Origin: a virus
Length of the DNA stretch: 64,000 nt
Virus record (IMG/VR): IMGVR_UViG_3300021354_000450
Span: 64,001-128,000 of that record
Direction: 5' to 3' (one strand)
Shown here: piece after piece, positions 1 through 8,997 of the stretch
Layout: every line of letters starts with the position of its first letter
Position numbering within the stretch: position 1 is the stretch's first letter
Translations under genes and position numbers: made by a program
The notes under the pieces: generated by a model
Databases searched by the model: none
Told to the model about the DNA's origin: nothing
Seen by the model: only the letters and a program-made list of their open reading frames with translations

Positions 1-34
1 ACATACATGAATTTTTAAAATAAGGAGAAGTAAA

Positions 35-238
35 ATGAGTGAACGTAAAGTATATCGTAGTATGCAAGGTAAAGAAGTTGATATGGAAGCATTAGCACAA
101 CGCAACGAAACAATGCCAGCAGTTGGCAATGTTCGAATGAACGCTCGAGGTGATGAGTTAGGACCCGGCGGTATCATTGCTCGTAAACGTGAAGATATTG
201 TAAACGACCACTATAATCAACAAAATCCTAACAAATAA
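35..238 (+). CDS. hypothetical phage protein (67 aa)
   Basis: ORF with AGGAG SD about 7 nt upstream; first of a tightly packed run of genes. Confidence 0.8.
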   Translation: MSERKVYRSMQGKEVDMEALAQRNETMPAVGNVRMNARGDELGPGGIIARKREDIVNDHYNQQNPNK

Positions 239-246
239 GGAAAAAA

Positions 247-627
247 ATGAGTAAAATTTTCGGTAAATTACTACCATTAAAGAAAAATGTTTTTGTAAGT
301 GATATTAACTTTGATGAAGAAATTACTTCAAGTGGAATAGTATTACTAAGTGATAACGGTAAAGGTCATGGTGTTAAACCTCGGTGGGCAAAAGTTTGGG
401 CCATAGGTCCCGATCAAACTGATGTTAAAGTTGGCGAATGGGTCTTATTAGAGCACGGTCGATGGACACGCGAGGTTGATTATCAAAATGAAGATGGCAC
501 AATTACTAAACTTCATATGGCAGATCTCAACGGTATAATGCTAGTTGCAGACGAAAAACCAAGTGATATACAAATAGGTATAGCTGCAAAAGCTGGTTCA
601 AATTTTAACTTTAACATTCCGGGATAA
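247..627 (+). CDS. groES: GroES/Cpn10-like co-chaperonin
   Basis: LLPLKKNVFV...TSSGIVL mobile-loop-like segment and AKVWAIGP...VKVGEWVL match the Cpn10 pattern. Confidence 0.8.
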   Translation: MSKIFGKLLPLKKNVFVSDINFDEEITSSGIVLLSDNGKGHGVKPRWAKVWAIGPDQTDVKVGEWVLLEHGRWTREVDYQNEDGTITKLHMADLNGIMLVADEKPSDIQIGIAAKAGSNFNFNIPG

Positions 628-628
628 T

Positions 629-1003
629 ATGTCAGTTTTTAAAGATCAAGAAAAATTTATGGTTGCATGTGATCAATCTGTTGATAAATTCAACAATGAT
701 CAATTTACGATGTATGTAAAATTAATTGCTGAAGAGTCACAAGAACTTATTGATGCTATCACAGCAAGTGATAAAGTTGAAACATTAGATGCATTAATTG
801 ATATACTTGTTGTAACAATCGGTGCAATTCATTCAATGGGCGCAGATGCTGAAGGTGCATGGGATGAAGTAATGCGTACAAACTTTGCAAAAATTGATTT
901 AGACACAGGCAAAGTAAACAAACGTGAAGATGGAAAGGTATTAAAGCCCGAAGGATGGAAAGCTCCTGAATTAGCACAATTTGTTGAAAAAATAAATCTT
1001 TAA
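629..1003 (+). CDS. MazG-like all-alpha NTP pyrophosphohydrolase (DR2231/dUTPase-like)
   Basis: LIAEESQEL...DALIDILVVTIG acidic motif; NFAK...REDGKVLKP C-terminal motif. Confidence 0.8.
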   Translation: MSVFKDQEKFMVACDQSVDKFNNDQFTMYVKLIAEESQELIDAITASDKVETLDALIDILVVTIGAIHSMGADAEGAWDEVMRTNFAKIDLDTGKVNKREDGKVLKPEGWKAPELAQFVEKINL

Positions 1004-1010
1004 TAATATC

Positions 1011-1049
1011 GAAAAGGGTATTGACATGCCCTTTTCTTCCCAATATACT
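1011..1049 (+). promoter_or_regulatory. sigma70-type promoter overlapping a terminator-like hairpin
   Basis: TTGACA 1021-1026, 17 bp spacer, TATACT 1044-1049; GAAAAGGGTAT/ATGCCCTTTTC inverted repeat spans the -35. Confidence 0.7.
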
Positions 1050-1081
1050 AGCACAAATTAACACACAAAGAGAGAAAAAAT

Positions 1082-2005
1082 ATGGCAAAAGCATTATGGG
1101 TTGAACAATACCGTCCAAATACCGTTGATGGGTATGTATTTCGAGATGACAATCAAAAGAAACAAATTTTATCTTGGATTAAAGATAGATCAATCCCGCA
1201 CTTGATGTTAAGTGGAGCACCTGGTATCGGTAAAACAACTTTAGCAAAATTATTGCTTCATGAAATTGATATTCCTGATTTTGATGTTCTTGAAATGAAC
1301 GCTTCGAGAGAACGTGGTATTAAAGAAGTTCAAGAACGAATTACAAACTTTATTAGTATGATTCCTTTTGGACCATTTAAAGTTGTATTATTAGATGAAG
1401 CAGATTACTTAACTCCAGATGCACAGGCTGCGTTAAGAGGAGTAATGGAGGAGTTTTCAGGTACTAGTCGTTTTATTTTAACATGTAATCATCCTAATAA
1501 AATTATTCCAGCAATTCATAGTCGTTGTCAACAAATGCATTTTACAAGCATTGATCAAACAGAATTTACTGCTCGTGTTGCAACAATTTTAGTTGAAGAA
1601 AATGTTGAGTTCGATCTCGATACTTTAGATACTTATGTAAAAGTTACATTTCCAGATTTACGTAAATGTATTAATTTTGTTCAACAAAATACACAAGATG
1701 GTCATTTGCTTGGAGCAAAACAATCAGATGCAGGACAAGCTGATTGGAAAATACAAATGGTTCAATTATTTAAAGATGGTAAGATCAAAGAAGCACGAAA
1801 ACTTATATGTGGAAGTGCTCGTCCAGAAGAAATGGAAGACGTTTATCGCTGGATGTATGATAATTTAGATTTATTTGGACAAGATGATGATACTAAAGAT
1901 TCTGCATTATTAATTATTAAACAAGGATTAGTTGATCATGCATTAATTGCTGATCCTGAAATAAATCTTGCCGCAGTTTGTGTCAAATTAGCTAGATTAC
2001 AATAA
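1082..2005 (+). CDS. clamp loader AAA+ subunit (RFC small / T4 gp44-like)
   Basis: WVEQYRP, Walker A GAPGIGKTT, EMNAS, Walker B LLDEAD, SRC motif. Confidence 0.95.
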   Translation: MAKALWVEQYRPNTVDGYVFRDDNQKKQILSWIKDRSIPHLMLSGAPGIGKTTLAKLLLHEIDIPDFDVLEMNASRERGIKEVQERITNFISMIPFGPFKVVLLDEADYLTPDAQAALRGVMEEFSGTSRFILTCNHPNKIIPAIHSRCQQMHFTSIDQTEFTARVATILVEENVEFDLDTLDTYVKVTFPDLRKCINFVQQNTQDGHLLGAKQSDAGQADWKIQMVQLFKDGKIKEARKLICGSARPEEMEDVYRWMYDNLDLFGQDDDTKDSALLIIKQGLVDHALIADPEINLAAVCVKLARLQ

Positions 2006-2010
2006 AAACA

Positions 2011-2057
2011 AAAACCGCATACGTGATTTGCAGGTCGTTATGTATGCGGCTTTTTTT
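2011..2057. terminator. bidirectional intrinsic terminator between convergent clamp loader and phoH
   Basis: AAAA-CCGCATAC(2015-2022)...GTATGCGG(2042-2049)-CTTTTTTT. Confidence 0.8.
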
Positions 2058-2076
2058 AAATTGTAAGGTACTACTT

Positions 2077-2829
2077 TTAGTCTAATTCCTTGTAGATTGA
2101 TAAGATCTCTTTAACTACAGGGTGGCGCTCTATGTCTTTTGTTTCAAACTTTGCCATAGCAATCATACGGTTTTCACCTCCTTGGTCGTACAGACTGCAA
2201 AATTCTAGCAAACCATTCTCTTTTGGTCTGTCAGCTTGGTTTAAATCACCAGTGACAACCATTCTCGATCCTTCCCCAATACGTGTTAATAGCATTTTCA
2301 TCTGACTAGGTGTTGCATTCTGCATTTCATCAGCAATGATAAAAGCATGTTTGAATGTACGACCGCGCATATATGCCAATGGGCTTATTTCTAAAATCCC
2401 ATCTTCTAACAATCCTGCTACTTCTCTTGGGTGATAATACTCATGGAACACATCAAATATAGGTCTTGTCCAAGGCTCCATCTTTTGGTTTAATGTACCT
2501 GGTAAAAACCCATGTTCTTCATCAACAGAAACAGCTGGCCGGGTTACTACGATCTTTTCAATCACCCCCTCTTTTAATTGTTTAATGGCCCACTGAACCC
2601 CAAGCATCGTTTTACCAGTACCCGCAGGTCCGATAGCAAAAATAATGTGTTTCTTAGGATTTTTAAGATACTCGAGGTATTTTTCCTGGCTGGTATTGCG
2701 AGGAATTATGTTAACTTCGCGTTTCTTTTTGATGTAATGTTTGATTTCGATGAGGTTTTGTGCCTCATTTCCTCGCGGATCTGCACCATTTGTGCCGTTG
2801 CTGCGTTCGCGTCTCTTAAGTCTTGACAA
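2077..2829 (-). CDS. phoH: PhoH-like ATPase
   Basis: GPAGTGKT, VTRPAV, GFLPG, YMRGRTF, DEMQN, TGDLNQAD; TTG start with AGGAGG SD. Confidence 0.95.
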   Translation of the reverse strand: MSRLKRRERSNGTNGADPRGNEAQNLIEIKHYIKKKREVNIIPRNTSQEKYLEYLKNPKKHIIFAIGPAGTGKTMLGVQWAIKQLKEGVIEKIVVTRPAVSVDEEHGFLPGTLNQKMEPWTRPIFDVFHEYYHPREVAGLLEDGILEISPLAYMRGRTFKHAFIIADEMQNATPSQMKMLLTRIGEGSRMVVTGDLNQADRPKENGLLEFCSLYDQGGENRMIAMAKFETKDIERHPVVKEILSIYKELD

Positions 2830-2862
2830 GTTTGACCTCCTTTAAGGGATGACCTGCAACAA

Positions 2863-2932
2863 TATTTAAGTTATTTTTAAAAAACCGTTTTTAAAGAGGC
2901 TTTTTTTGAATAGCTGTTTATTTGCATAAATA
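2863..2932. promoter_or_regulatory. divergent pair of T4-like late promoter cores (TAAATA)
   Basis: TAAATA on the minus strand at 2863-2868 before phoH and on the plus strand at 2927-2932 before the next gene; resembles T4 TATAAATA. Confidence 0.55.
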
Positions 2933-2958
2933 TTGTGTCAAGAGGACACGAGAAAACT

Positions 2959-3498
2959 ATGCATGATATTGTAGATATAATTAAAAACATCGAATCACTA
3001 ACTACAAGTGATGATTCTTTTAAAATCTTGAAAGATTTTGAAAGAGTTATTGACGATCTAGACCTATACGTTTTTAAAAATTGGGAAGATGGCGAACTTA
3101 TTGTCGGACCTGAGGTTCATAGGCATTCAGTTAGTTGTAAATTTATGTGGTCAGAGGAAAAAATGCCTGATCCAGACGCTGCTTCAAGGCTTTTAGACTA
3201 CGGATGTAAGGTAACTTACCAAAAAGAAGAATTACTTGTTCCTCGTAGAGTATTTAAACCGAGTGATTTTCGTCCTGGTACTAAAAAAGGTAAAATTGAT
3301 GCTCATCCTGTATGGATTGTATCAATTACAATGCCAAAAAAATTAATGCAAGACATATTCCAAGGACAAAAACGTCAACAAAGTGAATATATCAAAGATC
3401 ACATTAGTCTTGATCCAAATAATTCAATGAATGCAGACTCATCAGCACAGGAGGCGATGCCAAATGACCCAGTTGCAGAACCAATTCAAGGACAATAA
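2959..3498 (+). CDS. phage hypothetical protein
   Basis: ORF 2935..3498; ATG at 2959 (MHDIVDII) follows the AGAGGA SD and is the more likely start. Confidence 0.75.
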   Translation: MHDIVDIIKNIESLTTSDDSFKILKDFERVIDDLDLYVFKNWEDGELIVGPEVHRHSVSCKFMWSEEKMPDPDAASRLLDYGCKVTYQKEELLVPRRVFKPSDFRPGTKKGKIDAHPVWIVSITMPKKLMQDIFQGQKRQQSEYIKDHISLDPNNSMNADSSAQEAMPNDPVAEPIQGQ

Positions 3499-4234
3499 GG
3501 TTATGGAAGGCTTGCGTAGAGCTGATCTAAAAGATATGATTGATAATCTTTTCACTATCGATCAATATGCCAGCAAAATGGGTGATGATAAAGATATTAT
3601 CACATTACGATTTCGTGCAGCAAACAAAGAACCTGCGATCGATCTAATGGAATTTATTGAAAGAGGTTTCGAATTTGTTCTTGATGCAGATGTGAGTTCA
3701 GGTGAAGAACGTGACGGACAATATAGCATTTTTGTTGAACTTGAAAGAAATGATCAAGCACCTTCAAAGATAACAGAATTATTAAGCGGACTTAGTCAGT
3801 TATGTGATTGCAAATCTTGGAGATTTCGTTGGTATAAAGATATACAAGGACACGATTTTACCAAAGAAGCTATCATTAAAACCGTACCTTTATCACCAGA
3901 TGAATATGCAAATAGCATAGAAGGTGCAGATGCTGGAGAAGTTTCAACATTTTTTGATCAAGGTGCTATGGATTCAATAGAAGTTGATGAAAATAGAAAC
4001 ATTACTTTTAGAAAACCTTATGCAGAACCATTAACTGCAAAAGTTATTGCTATAGGTGAATATAATACATTAAAAAATGCACTTAAAGGTGCAATTCAAT
4101 TAGACGAATCAAGCCAAGGACAGGTTTTATATTTAAATAAGTATCTAGGAAACTACGATATTAACAAAATTGAAAATCATTTCTTAATTAGAAATAAAAA
4201 TAAAGCAGTAATTCTAGCCAAAACAATTTGGTAA
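3464..4234 (+). CDS. phage hypothetical protein (possible head protein, VME/G site near N-terminus)
   Basis: ORF 3431..4234; GGAGG SD at about 3450 favours ATG 3464. Confidence 0.7.
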   Translation: MTQLQNQFKDNKVMEGLRRADLKDMIDNLFTIDQYASKMGDDKDIITLRFRAANKEPAIDLMEFIERGFEFVLDADVSSGEERDGQYSIFVELERNDQAPSKITELLSGLSQLCDCKSWRFRWYKDIQGHDFTKEAIIKTVPLSPDEYANSIEGADAGEVSTFFDQGAMDSIEVDENRNITFRKPYAEPLTAKVIAIGEYNTLKNALKGAIQLDESSQGQVLYLNKYLGNYDINKIENHFLIRNKNKAVILAKTIW

Positions 4235-4256
4235 ACTAATTTTAAAAGGATAAAAC

Positions 4257-4892
4257 ATGTCAGAATCATTTGATTTTAATTTTACACAGAACCAGCTTGC
4301 ACAAATTATTACAAATAATCCGGTTATTGAACATTGGTTTGAAGCATTAAACACAATTCTTCCAGATTATGAAATTAATACAATTCCACGTGTTGCGGCA
4401 TTTTTAGCACAAACTGCACACGAAAGTGGTAATTATAAATTTTTAAAGGAAAATTTAAACTATAGAGCTGTTACATTAAGAAAAGTATTTCCAAAATACT
4501 TTCCAAACGATGCAATTGCAAATGAATATGCTCAAAAACCAGAAAAAATTGCTAACAAAGTTTATGCAAATAGAATGGGAAATGGTTCGGAAGAATCAGG
4601 TGACGGATATCGTTATTGTGGTCGAGGTCTGATCCAATTAACTGGAAAAAGCAACTATACTTGGTTTGCTGAAAGTTTAGAAATCACTCCAGAAGAAGTT
4701 GCTGAATATCTAAGCACTTTTGAAGGTGCTGTACAATCAGCTTGTTGGTTTTGGGAAACAAATAACTTAAATCAATTTGCAGACAAAAGAGATATTATTA
4801 TGTTAACAAAACGTATAAATGGAGGTACAATCGGTTTAGAAGATCGTATTAAACATTATGATCATGCAATTAAAGTTTTAAAAGGACAATAA
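4257..4892 (+). CDS. glycoside hydrolase family 19 endolysin
   Basis: AAFLAQTAHESG, ENLNY, YCGRGLIQLTGKSNY, TKRINGG are GH19 motifs. Confidence 0.93.
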   Translation: MSESFDFNFTQNQLAQIITNNPVIEHWFEALNTILPDYEINTIPRVAAFLAQTAHESGNYKFLKENLNYRAVTLRKVFPKYFPNDAIANEYAQKPEKIANKVYANRMGNGSEESGDGYRYCGRGLIQLTGKSNYTWFAESLEITPEEVAEYLSTFEGAVQSACWFWETNNLNQFADKRDIIMLTKRINGGTIGLEDRIKHYDHAIKVLKGQ

Positions 4893-4893
4893 A

Positions 4894-5373
4894 ATGTCTC
4901 AAATCTTTTGGATGTTAAGTTTACTACCAGATAACGTGTTGAATGTATCAATAAACATTGCTATCATATTAGGATTAATCTTAACATTTGCTTTATCTTT
5001 TATAAATTCTATATATATTGACTTATATAAACCGCCTTTACAACTTTTAGGAATTTTGTTGTTAATTGTAGGTATATTTTTTAAAGGGTATATCATATCC
5101 GAAATGGAATGGAAAGCAAAAATTACTGAAGAACAAGAAAAAGTTAGAATTTCTGAAGAAAAATCGAAAAAAGCAGTTGAAGATCTTGCTAACGAAATTG
5201 AAAGGAAAAAATCAGGTGTAAAAGAAGTACAAGTTGTAATTAAAGAACGAATTAAAACTGTTGAAAAACAAATTGATAAAGATTGCAACGTTGATTTTGA
5301 AGCAATTAGTATTATTAATGATGCGGCATTAAATCGTTTAGGATATATAAATCAAATAGAGGTTAAAAAATGA
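4894..5373 (+). CDS. inner-membrane spanin (Rz-like)
   Basis: N-terminal TM helices then a coiled-coil domain with a late Cys; follows the endolysin and overlaps a lipoprotein gene. Confidence 0.7.
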   Translation: MSQIFWMLSLLPDNVLNVSINIAIILGLILTFALSFINSIYIDLYKPPLQLLGILLLIVGIFFKGYIISEMEWKAKITEEQEKVRISEEKSKKAVEDLANEIERKKSGVKEVQVVIKERIKTVEKQIDKDCNVDFEAISIINDAALNRLGYINQIEVKK

Positions 5374-5645
5374 AACATTTATTGATTTTAATTTTTACAA
5401 TGTTTTTAGTAGGGTGTGGATCTTCTAAAACTGTTTCAGTTAAACGTAAATTTCCAGATGCACCTTCAAGTTTGAAAGTTACATGCCCTACTTTAAAAGA
5501 GATCGATTCAACCACATCTAAATTAAGCGATGTTATTTCTGTAGTTACTGAAAACTACGGAATGTATCAAGAATGTAAAATTAAAGTTGTTAGTTGGAAC
5601 GAATGGTATAATACCCAGAAAGACATATTTGAGAGTGTAAAATGA
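5370..5645 (+). CDS. outer-membrane spanin lipoprotein (Rz1-like)
   Basis: signal peptide with lipobox LVGC; Pro-containing periplasmic segment with two further Cys; ATGA overlap. Confidence 0.75.
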   Translation: MKHLLILIFTMFLVGCGSSKTVSVKRKFPDAPSSLKVTCPTLKEIDSTTSKLSDVISVVTENYGMYQECKIKVVSWNEWYNTQKDIFESVK

Positions 5646-6040
5646 AAAAAATATTAACAGCGTTAACAGTTGTTTTATTATCAGGATGTGCTGTTGTTGA
5701 TTCGTATCTAATGAAATATGATACAAATGAATATCGAATTATTTCTGAAATACGAGAAAATGCTAATCTTTATAAAGAAAATTGCAATGATTTTGAATTG
5801 AGCAGTATAAATTCAACAGCAATTGCAAATAAAACTCATTTTTTTGTTTTCTTTACAGAATATATTCCGCACAACGAACCTGTACAAAATGCATCAGTTG
5901 ATCTTAATAAAATTGCCCAAGGTTTGAAAGAACAATATTCAAAAGGCAAAGTAAGTCCGATGTTTTGCAAAATTAAATTTGATACAATAGAAAAATCTGC
6001 AGAAAGTATGCAGAAAATTATAGGAGATAAACCACGATGA
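5642..6040 (+). CDS. second lipoprotein of unknown function
   Basis: MKKILTALTVVLLSGC lipobox. Confidence 0.7.
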   Translation: MKKILTALTVVLLSGCAVVDSYLMKYDTNEYRIISEIRENANLYKENCNDFELSSINSTAIANKTHFFVFFTEYIPHNEPVQNASVDLNKIAQGLKEQYSKGKVSPMFCKIKFDTIEKSAESMQKIIGDKPR

Positions 6041-6294
6041 CTATTGAGTATAACCAAAGTTTGTTAGCAAGTATTAGCAGTTCAAATCCTGACATTAATG
6101 CAGCTAATGCACAAGTAAATGAATTATCTGAATTGTTAAAAACAGGTCAAATTAGTAAAGAAGAATATTCTGAACTTGTTTTAGATGTACAGCGTCAAGT
6201 TAACATTCAAGCAAACATGGCCGATTTAGCAGCTATGGAAACATTAAATACAGCTATTAACGGACTTATTACAATAGCTAAATTAATGCCGTAA
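6037..6294 (+). CDS. hypothetical helical protein
   Basis: ATGA-coupled ORF with GGAG SD. Confidence 0.7.
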   Translation: MTIEYNQSLLASISSSNPDINAANAQVNELSELLKTGQISKEEYSELVLDVQRQVNIQANMADLAAMETLNTAINGLITIAKLMP

Positions 6295-6305
6295 AGGAGA
6301 AAACT

Positions 6306-6896
6306 GTGGCATTAATTGATTCAGTTTTAAATATGGTTAATAAAAAACCAAAAGTTCTAAATGAAACAAGCCATCCAGTAGGATCACGAAGTGAACGTGA
6401 AGCCAAAATTAAAGATAAGGCAGGGTTAGTTATTAATGTATTTGCATTATTGCTTGCTGTTAATACTTTTTTCGGAAATGGATACAGTAGTTTAATTTTA
6501 AATAATACTATTAAAGCAAACGATACATGGGCATTTTATCAAGCTAAAGCACTTAAACAAACCATGGCTGAAAATGCTTTATATGATGCACAAAGAATTG
6601 GCGACAAAGTACGTATTGCAGATCTGTCAGAAAAGATCAACCGTTACGAGTTTGAACCAAGTGATGGTAAAAAAGCATTAATGGAAAAAGCTCAAAAGTT
6701 AGAATACGATCGTGATGTAGCAAAATCAAAAAGTCCTTGGACAAGTTATGCATCAACTGCATTTCAATTATCAATTGTATTACTATCAGCAAGTATTTTA
6801 GCAGTTAGTATGACGTTGTTTTGGGGCAGTTTTATAGTAGCAGGATTAGGAACATTATTAATGAGTCAAGGCATTTGTCTTTGGATTCCATTATAA
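6306..6896 (+). CDS. membrane protein, DUF4337-like
   Basis: TM - WAFYQAK - coiled coil - FQLSIVLLSASIL - TM architecture; GTG start with AGGAG SD. Confidence 0.65.
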   Translation: MALIDSVLNMVNKKPKVLNETSHPVGSRSEREAKIKDKAGLVINVFALLLAVNTFFGNGYSSLILNNTIKANDTWAFYQAKALKQTMAENALYDAQRIGDKVRIADLSEKINRYEFEPSDGKKALMEKAQKLEYDRDVAKSKSPWTSYASTAFQLSIVLLSASILAVSMTLFWGSFIVAGLGTLLMSQGICLWIPL

Positions 6897-6916
6897 CAAA
6901 TTTTTAGGAGAAAATT

Positions 6917-7408
6917 ATGGCAACAAAAGTAGCAAAACAAAAAGGGGACGACTTTATGAAAAACAATTGGAGACCGATGATGGCGATAACTTACATGTTA
7001 ACATGTTTGTTTGATTTCGTTGTTGGACCGGTTTTATATAACATTTTACAATTCTATAATCCAGGACAACATTTAGATATGTGGCAACCGTTGACACTTC
7101 AGGGTGGTGGATTATATCATATTGCAATGGGTGTAGTTTTAGGTATTACTGCACATGGTAGAACACAAGAAAAAATTAATAGTGCTTCATCTTTACCAGG
7201 ATTAGGTAATTTTATGCCACAACCTGCGGCACCATCGTATGCACCGGCTCCAGTAGCTCATGCACCTGCTCCAGTAGCTCCTGCACCAGCTTATCATGCA
7301 CCGGCTCCGGTAGCTCCTTCATTTGGTACACCGGCTCCAGTAGTTGCTGCAGTTGATGCAAACAAATTTGGTAAAGTTGTTCCACAACATGAAGAACCGG
7401 TTCTCTAA
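6917..7408 (+). CDS. holin-like membrane protein with Pro/Ala-rich C-terminal tail
   Basis: WRPMMA...TM...LTLQGGGLYHIAMGVVLGITAHGRTQEK resembles 3TM holin families; located in the lysis cluster. Confidence 0.6.
   Translation: MATKVAKQKGDDFMKNNWRPMMAITYMLTCLFDFVVGPVLYNILQFYNPGQHLDMWQPLTLQGGGLYHIAMGVVLGITAHGRTQEKINSASSLPGLGNFMPQPAAPSYAPAPVAHAPAPVAPAPAYHAPAPVAPSFGTPAPVVAAVDANKFGKVVPQHEEPVL
7241..7345 (+). repeat. four imperfect 18-bp coding repeats (APAPVA)
   Basis: RCACCKGCTCCRGTAGYT at 7241, 7262, 7298 and 7328. Confidence 0.85.
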
Positions 7409-7419
7409 GGAAAAGTAAA

Positions 7420-7620
7420 ATGAAATTATTTTTAGCAATTTTATTTGCAAGTACAATTAGTTTTTCAGCACTTGCGGTAGAAAAAAAAGAAGTATGTAAA
7501 GATGTTTTAGATAATAAAGGTCAAGTAGTTAAGAATAAAAATGGTTCTGTTAAAAAAGAATGCAAAATTATTAAAATTCACAAAAAGTTTAAAGGAACAA
7601 AAGTTCCAGAGAAAAAATAA
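7420..7620 (+). CDS. small secreted basic protein
   Basis: Sec signal peptide (ALA cleavage site); Lys-rich mature part with 2 Cys. Confidence 0.7.
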   Translation: MKLFLAILFASTISFSALAVEKKEVCKDVLDNKGQVVKNKNGSVKKECKIIKIHKKFKGTKVPEKK

Positions 7621-7629
7621 TTCAGTTTC

Positions 7630-7683
7630 TTGACAACACAAGGTTTATAGTGTATAATTAACACTATAAACCTTTCTTTTTAT
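7630..7683 (+). promoter_or_regulatory. consensus sigma70 promoter embedded in a 14-bp inverted repeat/terminator
   Basis: TTGACA 7630-7635, 17 bp, TATAAT 7653-7658; AAGGTTTATAGTGT/ACACTATAAACCTT followed by a T-tract. Confidence 0.8.
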
Positions 7684-7689
7684 AGACTT

Positions 7690-8511
7690 ATGAATATGGA
7701 CTACTATCAAATATTAAACGTTGATCGCAACGCATCACAAGACGAAATCAAAAAGGCTTATCGTGCCTTAGCAATGAAACATCATCCTGATCGTGGCGGT
7801 GATGATAACAAATTTAAAGAAATACAAGAAGCATACGCAATCTTAGGGGACGAACAAAAGAAATCGCAATATGATAATCCTCAACCACAATTTCACGGCG
7901 GCCCAGGTGGTTTTGAATTCCACTTTGGAGGTGGAGGACCTGCAGGATTTGAACACATGTTTGGTGATATTTTTGGATTTAGACAAAGGGCTCCTGTAAA
8001 TAGAAATATTCAACTCCAAACTCAAATATCTTTAGAAGATGCGTTTTATGGAAAAGAAGTTATCGCAAATATTTCACTTCCGAGTGGACGTGAACAAACA
8101 ATTAATGTAAAAATTCCTCCAGGAGTGCATGAAGGTACTAATTTACGGTTAAGTGGAATGGGCGATGATAGCATATCTGGAATACCACGTGGAGATATTT
8201 TATTATCAGTTCATATTACAGAACATCCAAAATTCAAACGTCAAGGTGATGATCTTGTTATCGAACATGAAATTTCATGTATCGAAGCAATGACTGGTTC
8301 TACGATTAACATTACAGGTATTGATAATAAACGATTAGAAACCACAGTTCCTGCAGGCATACAACATGATTCGATTTTAAGTTTAGCTGGAAACGGAATG
8401 CCAAACTTTAATGATCCTTCACGTAAAGGAAGATTATTGATTAGAATTAAAATTAGTATTCCTTCACTAACAGAAGATCAAAAAAGTTATTTAAGGAATT
8501 TGAATATATGA
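7690..8511 (+). CDS. dnaJ: DnaJ-class chaperone (type II, no zinc finger)
   Basis: J-domain DYYQIL...HHPDRGG, G/F-rich linker, DnaJ C-terminal domain; no CxxCxGxG repeats. Confidence 0.93.
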   Translation: MNMDYYQILNVDRNASQDEIKKAYRALAMKHHPDRGGDDNKFKEIQEAYAILGDEQKKSQYDNPQPQFHGGPGGFEFHFGGGGPAGFEHMFGDIFGFRQRAPVNRNIQLQTQISLEDAFYGKEVIANISLPSGREQTINVKIPPGVHEGTNLRLSGMGDDSISGIPRGDILLSVHITEHPKFKRQGDDLVIEHEISCIEAMTGSTINITGIDNKRLETTVPAGIQHDSILSLAGNGMPNFNDPSRKGRLLIRIKISIPSLTEDQKSYLRNLNI

Positions 8512-8996
8512 ATATCGTAAAATTTCCTGATCCAATATTAAGAGAACAAATGCCTTTATTTGATTTTGAGAATCCATCACATGATCCTGTTCAGTTAGAA
8601 CAAGATATGTTAGATTTGATGATTAAATTTGACGGTATTGGACTTGCAGCAAACCAGGTTGGTGAACGTGTTCGTATGTTTGTTATGGGAAGTAAGGCGA
8701 ATCCAACTAAAGGAATTGCATTTTTTAATCCAGAAGTGATTGCAAATACAGAAAATTTGCTTGATTTGGAAGAAGGTTGCTTGAGTTTTCCTGGAATTTA
8801 TGTTAAAATAAAACGTCCTAGCGCAATTAAAGCAAGGTGGCAAAATTCAAAAGGTGAAGTAATGGAAGGAGAGTTTACAGGTTACGATTGTAAATGTTTC
8901 CTTCACGAACTTGATCATTTAGAAGGTGTAGTTTTTCAGGATAGAGCAAGCAGTATTAAATGGGCTCTTGGTTTAAAAAAATTAAAAAGGAAATAA
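8508..8996 (+). CDS. def: peptide deformylase
   Basis: [20 protein letters not shown] motifs. Confidence 0.96.
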   Translation: MNIVKFPDPILREQMPLFDFENPSHDPVQLEQDMLDLMIKFDGIGLAANQVGERVRMFVMGSKANPTKGIAFFNPEVIANTENLLDLEEGCLSFPGIYVKIKRPSAIKARWQNSKGEVMEGEFTGYDCKCFLHELDHLEGVVFQDRASSIKWALGLKKLKRK

Positions 8997-8997
8997 T

